Positions 1-12,423 of a stretch of 46,602 nt of DNA are shown here, piece by piece. The notes beneath the pieces are model-generated. The model had not been told where the DNA came from, did no database searches, and was given only the letters and a program-made list of their open reading frames with translations. Made by a program: the position numbers and the translations under genes. Position 1 is the stretch's first letter; each line of letters begins with the position of its first letter. The stretch is from Chromera velia (lineage: Eukaryota): the NCBI GenBank assembly GCA_018398765.1, contig JAHBMJ010000482.1, forward strand, positions 1-46,602, written 5' to 3'.

Positions 1-9
1 AAGCTTGCT

Positions 10-588
10 TTGTTTGTGGATGCTGCGTATTCTCTTTCCCGTTGTGAAGGAAGAGGGGGCTTTGAGGCTTACTTGGTTGACAAGAAGGAAAAGATTGAGG
101 GAATGAGAAGAACGAATCTGGTGGCATGGAAGAGCAAACGAATCAAAAGGAAGCTGATTTCTTCGACCTCTGCAGAGCTTTGTGCACTTGTAGATGGTGT
201 AAAACAATCTTTTCAATGGAAGCGTCTTGCAGAGGCGTTGTGGATGAAGCCGCTGGAGGTAGAGATTTATACAGACAGCGCTCCTCTCATGGAGCAATTG
301 GAGAGTGGATATTCGAAGCGAGAGCCTCGGATGGATGGATTGTTGAAGTATGTGCAGCAGGAGCTGAGAGTGTTGAAGGCGCGGGTGCTTTGGGTTTCTA
401 CTGATCGGCAGCGGGCAGACAGACACACAAAATACAAGTTGGAAAAGGAGAGAGGGAGTCAAGCGCCTCAGATTGAAGCGAAGAAGGAAGGGCATGTGAA
501 GAGAGGAATGGTAGATTTCGCGAAGACATATCGATCGAAAGCTAAGAAAAGAGGTGACTCTCCTGTGAATATTCGAGTCAGGGGGTGA
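10..588 (+). mobile_element. 3' end of a Ty1/copia pol ORF (RNase H domain), truncated by the window start
   Basis: Translation shows copia RNase H motifs FVDAAY, VAWKSKRIKR, SSTSAEL, IYTDS and QRADRHTK. The ORF ends in a purine-rich tract (GAGTCAGGGGGTG) just before a TG-starting repeat. Confidence 0.88.
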
Positions 589-589
589 T

Positions 590-867
590 TGTTGGAGATT
601 GCGTCCAGGGTTGATTAACGCCGGCCTTTCACGGCCGCGGTCCCAGGGACTTCGGCCTGGGCTCAGCGCGCTACAAGCTATGCATGCAAATCTGCATCAC
701 CACAAACTATGCATGCACCGTGTAGGAGAAACTGATCGATCCACATTGACTTATTGAAGGAGAGGCGCATTCGCTCATCCTCTCCTCCCTGAACTCTGTA
801 CTGACACGTGAATTCCTTATAATTATTTTTTGTTAACTTTAGTGTGTTTTAATTGGGTGTCTTCACA
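590..867 (+). repeat. Putative 3' LTR of the first copia element (TG...CA, ~278 bp)
   Basis: Starts TGTTGGAGAT right after the polypurine tract. The candidate end CTTCACA at 867 is inferred; the partner LTR is outside the window, so the right boundary is uncertain. Confidence 0.5.
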
Positions 868-869
868 AT

Positions 870-1278
870 AACCTCCCTGAACCTAAGTACCCCTTTGGAT
901 TAGAATTAGGATTTATATCCGGATGATTGGCCTCCCGTCCCCTATATACCAAATGTCCGACGTACAGCTTCCAAAGAAAGTGCCTAGACGCATCAGACCT
1001 CGATGGCTGGCCCGCACAGGTCTAGCCTGTGCCGCAAACGGTTTACAATTGAAGAAAAAGGTTAAACCGCATTTTTGGATAAGCAAGAAAGTCCTTGCCG
1101 CAGATGCGGATCTTTTGGGGTGTCTTAAAAGCCAAAGCCACATAGCTCAACGATGTTAATTTTGATAATTTACGCCGTAGCTGTGGACGGTTTCTTGAAA
1201 ACCGGTGCCGTAGATAAGAGATTATCTTGACTACATTTTTTAAAGTGATACTTAGGTTCAGGATGGTTCAGGGAGGTT
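870..1278. mobile_element. Possible MITE/foldback element bounded by 14-bp inverted repeats
   Basis: AACCTCCCTGAACC (870-883) versus GGTTCAGGGAGGTT (1265-1278), plus an inner match CCTGAACCTAAGTA / TACTTAGGTTCAGG (876-889 / 1249-1262). No convincing TSD and no coding capacity. Confidence 0.4.
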
Positions 1279-2067
1279 CTCGATTGATTAGAATTAGGAT
1301 TTGTGTTCTAAATTCCTCCGCGGTCCACTGCTAGGTGTGGACTTGCACTTTAAATTAATTGGAATGCTTCTGATTGTCCTGATAACTTGGTCTGCAGCGA
1401 GGTGGAGAAGGCTGGACTGACCAGCTAGGGCGTACGTTTTGTTCTGATCGGTCCGCGATGGCGGCCCGACGCCCGACATGCAGCGGCGGCCCGAGTCTGG
1501 TGTGTCGCGTTCAATCCGCTGCGTGAACTGCCCTCCTAAACCTCTGTATCAGTAAAAATTTGATGAATTAATTGAAACTTTTGTGATACAGACGCACTTA
1601 GGGGCCCTAGGACGACAATTTTGCATAAATCAAATCCGCACCAATCAGCAAGAAGATGAGCTTACTTGTGGAAAGGGCCGGAACTGGAACTCACACAGCA
1701 ATATTAATAATTAATTTTTAAAAAATATAATAAAAAAAAATGATATACTGAAATACAGCTGTAGCCTTCACATGCATGCATGCGCGGCTAATTAACTCAT
1801 TCAGTGTGTGACAACCATGCAAAGTGTCTTACCTTTGATCTTCGCGGCATACCCGATCTGTCTGACCTGTTAGGCATCTTCTTCTGCTCCCTGTGTCAAT
1901 TGACTTCTCTTCTGTGTCCGAGCATATTCCAGCTCTGTACAAGAAGGGAAGCGTGAGAGAGCCTGCTCCCAGAAAAAGAAGCCTCCGTTTTCACTCTGTG
2001 TTGTCATCTTCTTCGTTTTCTTCTGACCAAACTCCTGACCGCGAGGAACCGAACGTAAAGCATCGCC

Positions 2068-5000
2068 ATGGTAAGCTGTGGCAAGAAGAAGCCGACCGCA
2101 GAGGATGGCGAAAAGGACCTCACCAAGAAAACAGCAGCAAACCCCATCTTCGAGCATGCCTGGCCCACTCCTCAGGCAGAAAAAGAGCTCAGCACGAGCG
2201 TGACGACAGGTTTGACCACCGCAGAGGCAGAGCAACGTTTGGCCCGAGATGGACCGAACGCACTCACCCCTCCCCCCACCACCCCCTGGTGGGTGAATCT
2301 TGGAAAGCATCTTCTCGGAGGGTTCGCCCTTCTTCTGTGGGCGGGTGGTATCCTCTGTTTCATTGTCTACGCAATTGACCAAACTCGTCTTCCTGAATTC
2401 TACCTGGGCGTTGTCCTGGTGGTTGTGGTGGTCGTCACTGGACTTTTCGGGTATTGGCAAGACTCCAAAGCAGATGCGGTGTTAGCAGGGTTCTTAAAGC
2501 TAACGCCACAGCAAGCTATCGTCGTCCGTGACGGTAACGAAGGAGTCGAGATGGACGCCACGAAGCTGGTGAAGGGAGATGTGGTGATCATGTCGGGAGG
2601 TCAGAAGGTTCCCGCAGATGTGTTGGTCATCGAGTGCCAAGGACTGAAGGTCGACAACTCCTCTTTGACAGGAGAGTCTCTCCCCCAGAAGAGAGGTGTC
2701 GGACAGAGCGATGAACTCCCTCATGAGACCCACAACATTGCATTCTTCGGTACCCAGTGCACAGAAGGACTTGCAAAGGGCATTGTCATCCGATGTGGTG
2801 ACGACACCTTCATGGGACAGATTGCCACAGCAGCAGTTGAAGGAGAGAAGCCCCAGACGCAGATGCAGATTGAGTTGAACAGATTCATTCTGATCATCAC
2901 AGCCATCGCCGTCGTTCTCGGATTGGTTTTCTTCGGAATTGCCTTTGCCCTCGGGTATGACTGGGTGGTTGCCGTCATTTTCATGATCGGTATCATCGTG
3001 GCGAATGTCCCTGAGGGTCTGTTGGTGACTGTGACAGTCGCGCTGACAATCACTGCGAAGAACATGGCAGCAAAGAACGTGCTTGTGAAGAACGTGGAGA
3101 CAATTGAGACCCTCGGAGCAGTGACTGTGATCTGCTCTGACAAGACGGGCACGCTCACCCAGAACAGAATGACAGTCAGACACGCCATCTACTCTCAAGA
3201 GACCTTCACAGCAAAGATCTCCAAGATGGATCACCCCGGTGACGCCACCCCTGAGAGAAGAGGTGAGCAGCTCTCTCTTTCCTTCTAGGGCCTCGAAGGA
3301 CTTTTTTCTCTTTTCTTTCTTTTTGAACTAGTTTCCCTTTTCCTCTCTGATCCAGATACAAATGATGGTCTTTGTGGAGAGGAATGTGAGCTGTACAGCT
3401 GCGCAGCTTCCTGCTTGCTCCCATCTACTTTTCTGCCGTCCTGCTTTTCTTTGAAATTGCTTTCTCAAGCCCACACCTCGCCTTCTGCCGCCACCCCTCT
3501 TCTTCCCTCCTGCATTTTTCTCGCCAGTTCGTTCAGCATCTTCCTGCCTTCTCCCTTTTCGGTCGTTTTTCCTTCAAGTTCTCGCCATCTCCTTGCTTTG
3601 TTTTCATCGCTCTTTTTTCCCTCCTGTCTGCCGCCTTTCCGACCACCTTACTTGCCTGGATCTCTCTCCAATGTCCCCAGCCTCCCCCCGTTTCAGCCAC
3701 TTTGTCGTCCCACAGAGAAGCGAAGAGCCAGACCTAGACGAAAGGGAAAAGCGGAAAGCAGAAACTGGCGATTTGCTTCATGTTGCCGCGGAATCGTGAA
3801 TCTTTCTCTTCGGCTGGATGAGAGAGACGGCGGCCTCTCTGTCATCCATCCTTGTTTCATTTATTTGTTTGTTTGTTCTCGCTGCTACTGCAGACAGCGG
3901 CAACCACCTCTCCGCTGGCGAGGACGGAGTGATCAAGAAGATGTCCTCTCTCGACCTCTCCAGACCCGCACTCCACGCAGTGCACTATGGAACCAAATTC
4001 AGGAGCCCCACCGACACCTCTCTCGAGTTCGGCCTCCTCCTCAGATGCGCAGGACTTTGCAACCACGCCAAGTCAGTCATCCAGTCAGGCAAAGAGTCAT
4101 AAAAGTGATACCAACTTAGTCTGCCAGTCCAACGGCTGGATGTCCACACGCTTTCAAACAGCCACAAGGGCCACGAGCGAGGGGCTGCTTTGGCGGAGGA
4201 GGGAGGAGGGTCGGAGGGAGTGATCAAATACATGGAGGGGTGGACGGACAGGCTCAAGAGGACAAAGCTCTTAAAGAGGACAAAGCTCTTAAGGGCCTGC
4301 GGATCTGGGGGGAGGGAGGGGTCGATGGAGGGAGAAGGAAGCGAGGAAACTCTTTCTGCTCTAGCTTGCCCTCCTTTTCATCTCTATCTCACGAAACAAC
4401 AGCGCTACGGTTCCTCGACGACGCACATCCGAAATTTTTCTCTTCATTGTCTTTGTTGCTTCTTGACCCATTATACTCATCTGTCCCTCAAGACCCTCTC
4501 TACCTTTAGTCTCTCTGTCACTCTCTGCAGCTTTTCGCTCGCTTTGTATGTCTATACGTTCTTTCTTCTCTTCGAAATCTTCGTTCGCTTTCTCGAAGCC
4601 TCCATTGACTGTGTGTACCCTATTTTTTTACTCCTCTTCTTCTCCCGCCCTCCCGCCATACATCCGCTTGCAGGTTCACAGACAAGAAGGGGCCCCTCCT
4701 TCAGAGACCCACCAACGGAGACGCGTCCGAGTCCGCTCTCCTCAAGTTCGCAACCTCACACATGGGAGTGGACTCAGTGAGTGGATGAGTGCATGAGCAT
4801 GGATGGGTTGAAAATGTGCATGACTGCTCAGACTGAACCCTTTTGATGACTTCATCTTCTGGCCACAATCGCGCATGAAGAAGTTCCGTGTGCTCCTAGA
4901 AGCGAGGAAGATTGTTGGTTGCTTGTACGAGCACTACCCCGCTTCCTGTGTCCCTCTGTTTTATGCCTAGTTTTGTTTTCATTTTCAAAGAGCTGACTTT

Positions 5001-8000
5001 CCTACTGCTTGCAAATTCATGCGCGCTACCCGTTTCGCTGGTGGTGGTTTGCTCGTCAATTTCTCTTCCATATGAGCTGGCCTTGCGTGCGCGTACGCGC
5101 GTGTGTGTATGCGTGTTCATAGAGAGAGGTGTGTGTACCTTTTAGAGTCTGGGGACTCTTCTGTGGCTTAATTCGGTCTGGAGTTTTTTTCTTTCCTCCG
5201 CCCCGAGACCGCACCGAAAGAATCTTTATCTTTTTGATTTGTGTATCGCTGAATTCTTGTACCTTTCAGGCCCGTAAGGGAAACCCCGAGATCGCTTGCG
5301 TGCCCTTCAACTCGACCCAGAAGTTCATGGCAACTATCCACGAACAGGCCACAGGCAGATACCTTCTTTTGATGAAGGGCGCTCCCGAGAAGATCATCGG
5401 AAGGTGCTCTCGCCTCGTCAACGGAACCCCTTTCGACGAGGACCAGAAGAGGGAGTTCGCAAACGCACAGATGGAATTGGCAGCCAACGGAGAGCGTGTG
5501 CTCGCCTTTGCACAGCTCGAGTTGTCTTCCAAGGACTTCCCCAAGGGATTCAAATTCGACGTCGAGGAGAAGAACTTCCCTCTTGAAGGACTGCAGGTCA
5601 GACAGACGGGGGGACACACAGGCGGGAGAACCGCGTGCTTGTTTTTGCTGTGTGTGTCCTTTTGCCCCCCCCCCCTTTGGCACAGAAGCTGTCCGTATCT
5701 CTTTATACTAACTCGCATGTGCACCTGCATGGTCGCTCCCCAACGAGTTTGTTTTCGTCTTTGTATTTCCCTGGGAGCTTTCATTTGCTCTCTTTTCTCG
5801 GCTGTTTCCTTTGCCTTTCGTTGTTTTCATTTTCTCACCGAGATGGCAGTTTGACAGACAGAATTCATGCTTTTCTTCCTACGTTTTTCGCTCGTCTCTC
5901 TCTCAATTTCTCTCTTTCCCATCTTCCCCCCCCTCCCTTTTGCAGTTCATCGGAATGCTGTCTCTGGAGGACCCCCCCCGCGAGGAAGTGCCCAAGGCCG
6001 TGCAGGAGTGCCAGAACGCAGGCATCAAGGTCGTCATGGTCACAGGAGACCACCCTCTGACTGCAAAGTCCATCGCTCAGCAGGTCTGTACCGATTCGGA
6101 GTGTACAGAAGATAGAGCCAGAGCGCTTTTCGGAAGGAAGGGAATTCCTGGTGCTTGAGTGCGTCTTTTCATTCATTTTGCCCCATGTACCTGCGAGTAC
6201 TCGGATGAATGCGCATGCGAATAGTGTCCGCTCCTCCCTCCCGATGTTATCGACTTGTGCCATCGTGTATCACGGCTGCGTCGTCAGAAGGCACCTTTTC
6301 CTGAGAATTTTGTCGTCCGTCCTGATGCGTAGCCCTTCCTTTCTTTTTCCTCGTGCCATACCAAGTGCATCCATCTGCATGTGTTGTTCTTCACTTAATG
6401 CGCTCCTCTCCTCATGTGTGCATGCAGGTCGGAATCATTGACTTCGAGGCAGTCGTGACCAACCTCGCAGAGCCCAACCCCGACGCCACCGCTGTCGTCG
6501 TGACAGGACCCGAAGTCGACGAGCTGACAGACGAGCAGTGGGACTTTATCCTCTCCAGAAAGCAGATCGTCTTCGCACGTACACTCCCTCAGCAGAAGCA
6601 GGCAATCGTCGCACACTTCCAGTTGAAGGACAACATCGTCGCTGTCAGTCCTGGCCCGCTCCTTCCTCTTTCTCATCTGCCCTCTCGCTCCCTCTCGATC
6701 CCTCGGTCTCCATCTATCTATTTTTCTTTCTATCTTTCTTTCTATCCATTTATCTATCTACCGCTGTCTCCCTTACCATCTCAGTCTGTACATGTGTATG
6801 TATGTGTGTGTATTCAACTGTCTTCACCAGTCCCCCTGTTCTTCTCGTCGGACTGTATTTGCCCCTATTTGATCGAATTTTCCCGTCCTTGCAGGCCCCC
6901 TCCGTTCCAGACCACACGACAGTACGTGTCTTGTCGCTCTGCTTCCCTTCTTTCTTGGTTGCAATTTCTCTCCTTTCCTCTGCTTCCTTCCTGCAGGTGA
7001 CAGGAGATGGTGTCAACGATTCCCCCGCCTTGAAGAAGGCAGATGTCGGTATTGCAATGGGTATCACCGGGTCCGATGTCGCAAAGGACGCCGCCGACAT
7101 GATTCTCATGGACGACAACTTCGCTTCTATCGTGAAGGGCGTTGAGGAGGGACGTCTGATCTTCGACAACCTGAAGAAGTCGATCGTCTACACTCTCGAG
7201 TCGAACATTCCTGAGATCCTTCCCTTCCTTGCCAACATCACCATCCGTATCCCCCTTGCCCTTACGACCATCATGATTCTCGGAATTGATTTGGGAACAG
7301 ATATGCTTCCCGCCATTGCCTTCGCATACGAGCGTCCCGAGCTGAACATCATGAAGAGAAAGCCCAGAGACAGAGTCAGAGACAGACTCGTGACTCTGCA
7401 ACTCATCGGAGTATCCTATCTCCAGATTGGTATGATCCAGGTCAGTTGCCTCCTTAGTTGGAAGGCGTTCTTTTTTTTTTTACTTCTCTACTGCATAACT
7501 GTGAAGGAGAAGTCCGCTCCGCTCCATCCTGCTTGACTCGACATATTTCAAAAGGTGTATTCACGCATTTGAAAAGAAGAGACAATGAGGCATACCTCGA
7601 GAAGCACAGAAATCCTCTTCGAGCAGCAACTCCACGAATTTTGTGCATTGTTTTCGTTTTTCTTTCCTGCGTCTTGTCCGTGTCAATGACTTGACTGCCT
7701 TTGTGCTCATCTAAGAAACGAGATCCCGGACACTTTCTCTGTCTGCATTCTTGTCTCTGTACAGGGTTTCTCCGCCTACACAGCGTTCTTCTGGGTCCTG
7801 AACGACTTCGGATTTACCACCAACAACCTTCTGACACAGCAACAGGGAGTCACATGGGACAGATCAGACACAGACTCTGAAAACATTGGGACATGCTACC
7901 GATTCGTGGACGACGGCGGTGCCGGAGGGGGCGTGAACGCAGGAGGCATTGAGAGGTCAGGCTCTCTGCAGGAAGTTGAGCGAAAGAAGGACCAAACGTA

Positions 8001-8918
8001 TGCTGGAATCAGGCTTCCTTTCTTGTTCGCTCAAAGAAATCGAGCGAGAGCTCGCCAGGGAATCTTTTGCTCAATAGGCAATGACTCTTTCGTTTGTTTC
8101 CTTGTTTGGTCCTTCATTTATGTTGCATCAAGAAGAAAGGCATGATTCAGATGTATGCTTTCCCTCCGCATTTCTACTTTCCTCCCAAAATTGCTCTTGT
8201 CTGTCTACTGACCATGCACCCCCCTGCAGATGTGCCGGGTTCGGGTACAGAAACCTCGCCCTCCGAACCGCCCAGTCCGCGCACTTTGTGGCGACAGTCG
8301 TCGGACAGATTGCAGGAGGAATCATCCATAAGACCCGCTTCCTCTCACAGCTGCAGCACAACTGGGAGAATATGGTTCTCAACTTCGGTTTCTTCGAGGA
8401 GGTCAGTCACTCAGAGGGTCGATCGAGAATTACAAAACAAATCACATGCATCCCTTTGTGCAACACTGCTCACCCTACAATGTCTCTTTTCAGCTCCCGC
8501 ACTGTTTGTCGTTCTCCTGTGATCGGTTCTTCCTTTCTCTCTTTTATTGCATCCGTGACTCGTGCTTCTGTCGGAAGGGGTAAAAGTCGCGCTGCTCCAC
8601 CCATCATCCTTCATTGCCTGTAGCCTGAGTTGAGATTTCAACATTGTCCAAAACAGCCACGTGAAAGAAAATGGTCACGCAAAATGTTTTCTTTCTTTCT
8701 TTCTTTCTTTCTGTGACTCTGTCCTACAGGTTGCTCTTTGCTGCCTCCTGGTGTACACTCCCGGGCTGAACTCTGTCTTCGGATTTGAGCCCATGGCTGC
8801 TGAGTTCTGGTGGTGCGGCTGGCCGTACTTCTTCCTCACGATTGTCTATGACGAGTGGAGAAAGTGGTGGTGCAGAAAGTTCCCCAAGAGCCTCGTGTAC
8901 AAGCTCACTTTCTTCTAA
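2068..8918 (+). CDS. P-type ATPase, P2C (Na+/K+- or H+/K+-ATPase alpha-subunit-like), 10 exons, ~1050 aa
   Basis: Exons 2068-3262, 3894-4071, 4674-4776, 5270-5596, 5946-6083, 6428-6643, 6997-7440, 7765-7955, 8230-8401, 8730-8918; all introns GT-AG and phase-consistent. Motifs: [110 protein letters not shown]. Confidence 0.96.
4256..4293 (+). repeat. 18-bp tandem duplication in ATPase intron 2
   Basis: AAGAGGACAAAGCTCTTA occurs twice in tandem. Confidence 0.8.
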
Positions 8919-10573
8919 ATGAAAGCAACTGATGAAATAAAGGAAGAAAGCTGGGGAAGAAGGCTGGCGAGAAGAAAGCACGACTTACAGCAAGACAGCT
9001 GGGGGGGATGAGGGAGGGACGGGGGTTGGATGGGAAAGGACAGCGCAGGATGGTTGGGAGTTTGAGTCTCTCTTTCTGTCTCTGTTTGTGTCCCTTTCCC
9101 CACTCCTTTCTCTGCGTGAAGCGTCACTTCCTTTGTTTGCTAGGAAGGAAAGTGAAAAGAGAGAGCAGAGAAAGACAGACAGGCAAAGAAAGATCTCAAG
9201 AAGGAAGGCACAACAAGTCCTGACATCATCATGCAGACTCTCATCTGTTGTTGCGGTGTTATCAAACATTCCTTCATTCTGACAATCAATCCAGCAAGCA
9301 ATCGAATTTGATCGCCGTCCGTTCGTTGTAGAGAGGGGGGAGGAATTTAAGTAGACATGGAACGTGACTGCTTTCTTTCAATTGACTTGATGCATGCATG
9401 CATGCTCTCGACACATGATTTCATTCATGTACGGTTTCGGGGGGGGAAGGGAGAGGAGGGAGAAATATTTATCGGTAAATTAACTTGTACTGGACTGACC
9501 ACCCTGAGAAAGAAGACAAAGAAGGCAGGAGGGTCACCGCAGGGGCTGAGCAAAACCCCACGGGGCTGCCTGGGCGTCAAAGCAGAACGTCCCTGCAGCT
9601 ACCGGGACAACTTTCCCTGCTCTCTCTCTCTCTCTGCCTTCCCCCTGCTTATGCCAGAAGTCTGCATTCATGTGACTTACTTACTGAAGCAATTCAGGCC
9701 TTTTCACGGCAGTGCGTGTGCCTGTGTGCGTGCACCTTGGTGCTTGCATGCGTACACTTACCACCTCACTAACATTTTGGAATGTAGACTCATGCATGCT
9801 GAATTCAAACGATTAAATGTTTATCTGCCATGTACGTGTGGGAGCAGTGAGCAGTTTTCCAGCAAATGGGCTTCATTATAGACGTGGGGAGGGTTCGGAG
9901 AGCCAGTAACAAAAGAAAGAAAGGTGCATGCTGTTCAGGCCTTCGAAAAGGGTGTCAGAAGAGAGAATCGCCCGGTCGATGAAATGAAGGGACGGTCATC
10001 GTGTGACCAACACAACAGCACCAATCGAGATTCGAGAAGTGAATGTCGGAGACGAAACGAAAATTCGACAGTCGCACCAGCAACTTCAGAATACCTCCAC
10101 ATGAGGCAGCAATCTGTATGACCAGCCAAAGTGCAATCATGCCATCAGACCAATTTGCATATTGACCAATTGAATGGACAGAGAAACAGAGAGGCGGTCA
10201 TCTACTGTATGGATCGAGGTCGACTGCGACATGCACCTGCAGGTAGACAAAGACGACTTCAAGTTGCATGTTTGTCAGTCAATCCATTGACTACTCCACC
10301 TTCTGCTAGTGCCCGGCCTGTGCTAGGGCCTGTGTGACTTAATTAAAATTTGAATCGTGACTGATGGAAACTGACAAGAATGATGCAATGGTAACCTATT
10401 GCCTCCAACAGGCAAAAATGTATTGTTGTTAACTTGTCAATGTTGTCTTCGGCAAAAAAGCTGAAAAAACTGTTTAAAAACATAACCAAACTACTTTATA
10501 TTATTAGAAGCTATAATTTACTAATAAAACTGTATACTAGAGAGGGAGTAGCTTTCAATCGCTAGTTCAATCG

Positions 10574-12423
10574 TAGGGATAACTATCGTATCGATATCGT
10601 ATCGTATCGGTATCGGTATTGAAGTATCGACTATCGGTTCTTTCTTGAGCGGCCGAGTATTGGTTAGTATTGGCCTGTTTAGAGCTTGTGAAGGACTAGC
10701 TGGGCTACTATGTGGCAAGGCGCGCGCCGGCCCGGGCCTCGGTGCTCGAAGACCGGGCGTGGCCGGGCCCAGTAACGCGTATACCGTCCCCAACCGGCTC
10801 CATGCATGGATGAATGCGGGACCGGCTCACTGAATTAATTCAGCCTCAACGGCCAGAACAGCCCGACTTGGCTTCAAGATAAGACTGCATGTACACTGCA
10901 TCCGATCTAATAGAGCTTCATCCTTTCCGTTTTCTAAACAAAACCGCTTCTGGACAATCAAAGCATCATAACAGCCAGAAGGGGAAAAAACAAAGTAAGG
11001 TGTGGACACATTATAAACGTCAGGCAGATAGAAATTTTATCTCCTCAGCATGCAGAGTTGCTTGACCCGTTGCTGCCCTGTCGGAGTTGGCTCACTGGCT
11101 AACGTCCAAACAGCTCAAGAATCGTTTTTCCACAGTGTTGTCTCTTCTTTTTGTGCCGTCTTGAAGCTTTAGGAGTGACCGGATCGACCAGAATGTTAAC
11201 ATGGGCGAACTGAGATTCGGAAAGGTCAGTCACAAGTGAGGTCACTGTTATTTGGTAACATCCATACTCTGCCATTGAAGCTTGCCACTTTACCATTGAT
11301 GTTCACGGATGTTTAACCACTGAACATACCTCTGATGACCTCATCTTTTACAAAAGCTTGCCACTTGGCGACTCGCTGCTCGTTTTTCGACGTTGACCTA
11401 GCTTCCAGTAACGGTTCGGTCTTCACACCCTGTGAATCACAAAACACACACCAGGACCATCTATCTGTTTCTCTGTAGGAACCTTTGTAGTCCAACATGT
11501 TTGTTTTGGTCTCCTAATACCGCAGAAGGAACTCCTAATACTGCAAGCAGTGCTGTTTTCGTTTTTCCGGAACTGGATTTGCCTAGGGATTTGCCCTCCC
11601 TGGAATGACTGGTGAGTTTGTCACTTGTGCCCGCTCCGCAAAGGAAGGAGAGGGCTTCCCCAAAGTCTAGAAAGCTAAAGAGTGTTTCACCATGGATGTA
11701 TTCCGCCAAATTGTTGCAGCTTTGAAGTCTCAGCTGGCCGTTTTGCGTATTGGTTGATTTTCATGGAGATGCACACACATACAGATAAGCATACAGACCG
11801 TTGCACACTATCAGACCTTTGACCTCAATTTTTTCTTCACTCTGCTCGCTGAGTATCAACCACCATGTTGCTCAAGAGACTCCAACGCAAGCTGTTTACT
11901 GCATAGCTTATTTTTTCTTTCTTCTTTCTTCTTTGTGCTGCAAATCTACATAGTTCCTTCGTAAGTGCAGAATAGCATGTGGATATCTGCGCTTTGCTCT
12001 AAATTTTGTATGCATTCACTTGCAATTAGGTGATTTTAGCACACACATCAGAATAAAATCGAGTCTAACAGTTTGCATCTGGCATGAGATTTTCAAGAAC
12101 GACGTGTTGATGAAATCATTGTCAATCTCATGATGTGTTGACTCTTTTTAAGGGGGGGGTTAGGGAGGCGAAGCCCCCCTTATAGTTTGGCCTTCTGAAT
12201 GTTTCGGAGCCCATTTTCTAAGTAAAGTTGACTTTTTAAAAACATGAGATTTTTACAAAAAAATTACAGTTTTACAAATGATACCGTTTGCACTAGGTTT
12301 TAGCCTCGTACGCTAAAAATTTTATGTCAGTATCAAAATTATCGACGATACCCCCTTTTTTAGGAACCTTAAATTCCGATACGATACCGATTCGATACCG
12401 ATACGACACGATAGCTATCCCTA
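10574..12423. mobile_element. hAT-like non-autonomous DNA transposon (1850 bp) with TIRs and subterminal TATCG/TATCGG repeats
   Basis: Left end TAGGGATAACTATCGTATCG; reverse complement of the right end TAGGGATAGCTATCGTGTCG (18/20 identical). Arrays of tatcg(g) inside the left end and (c)cgata inside the right end. TAGGGAT termini are typical of hAT elements. No intact transposase and no exact 8-bp TSD. Confidence 0.7.

Noticed and set aside
2500..3234. 244-aa antisense ORF and similar shadow ORFs over the ATPase, ABC1 and copia genes
   Set aside because: Antisense shadows of codon-biased exons with no independent motifs.
9357..10337. ORFs downstream of the ATPase
   Set aside because: No motifs; composition resembles UTR/intergenic DNA.
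10584..10640. CRISPR-like or iteron array from TATCG repeats
   Set aside because: Units are 5-6 bp with no spacers and mirror the opposite end of the element, so they are transposon subterminal repeats in a eukaryotic locus.
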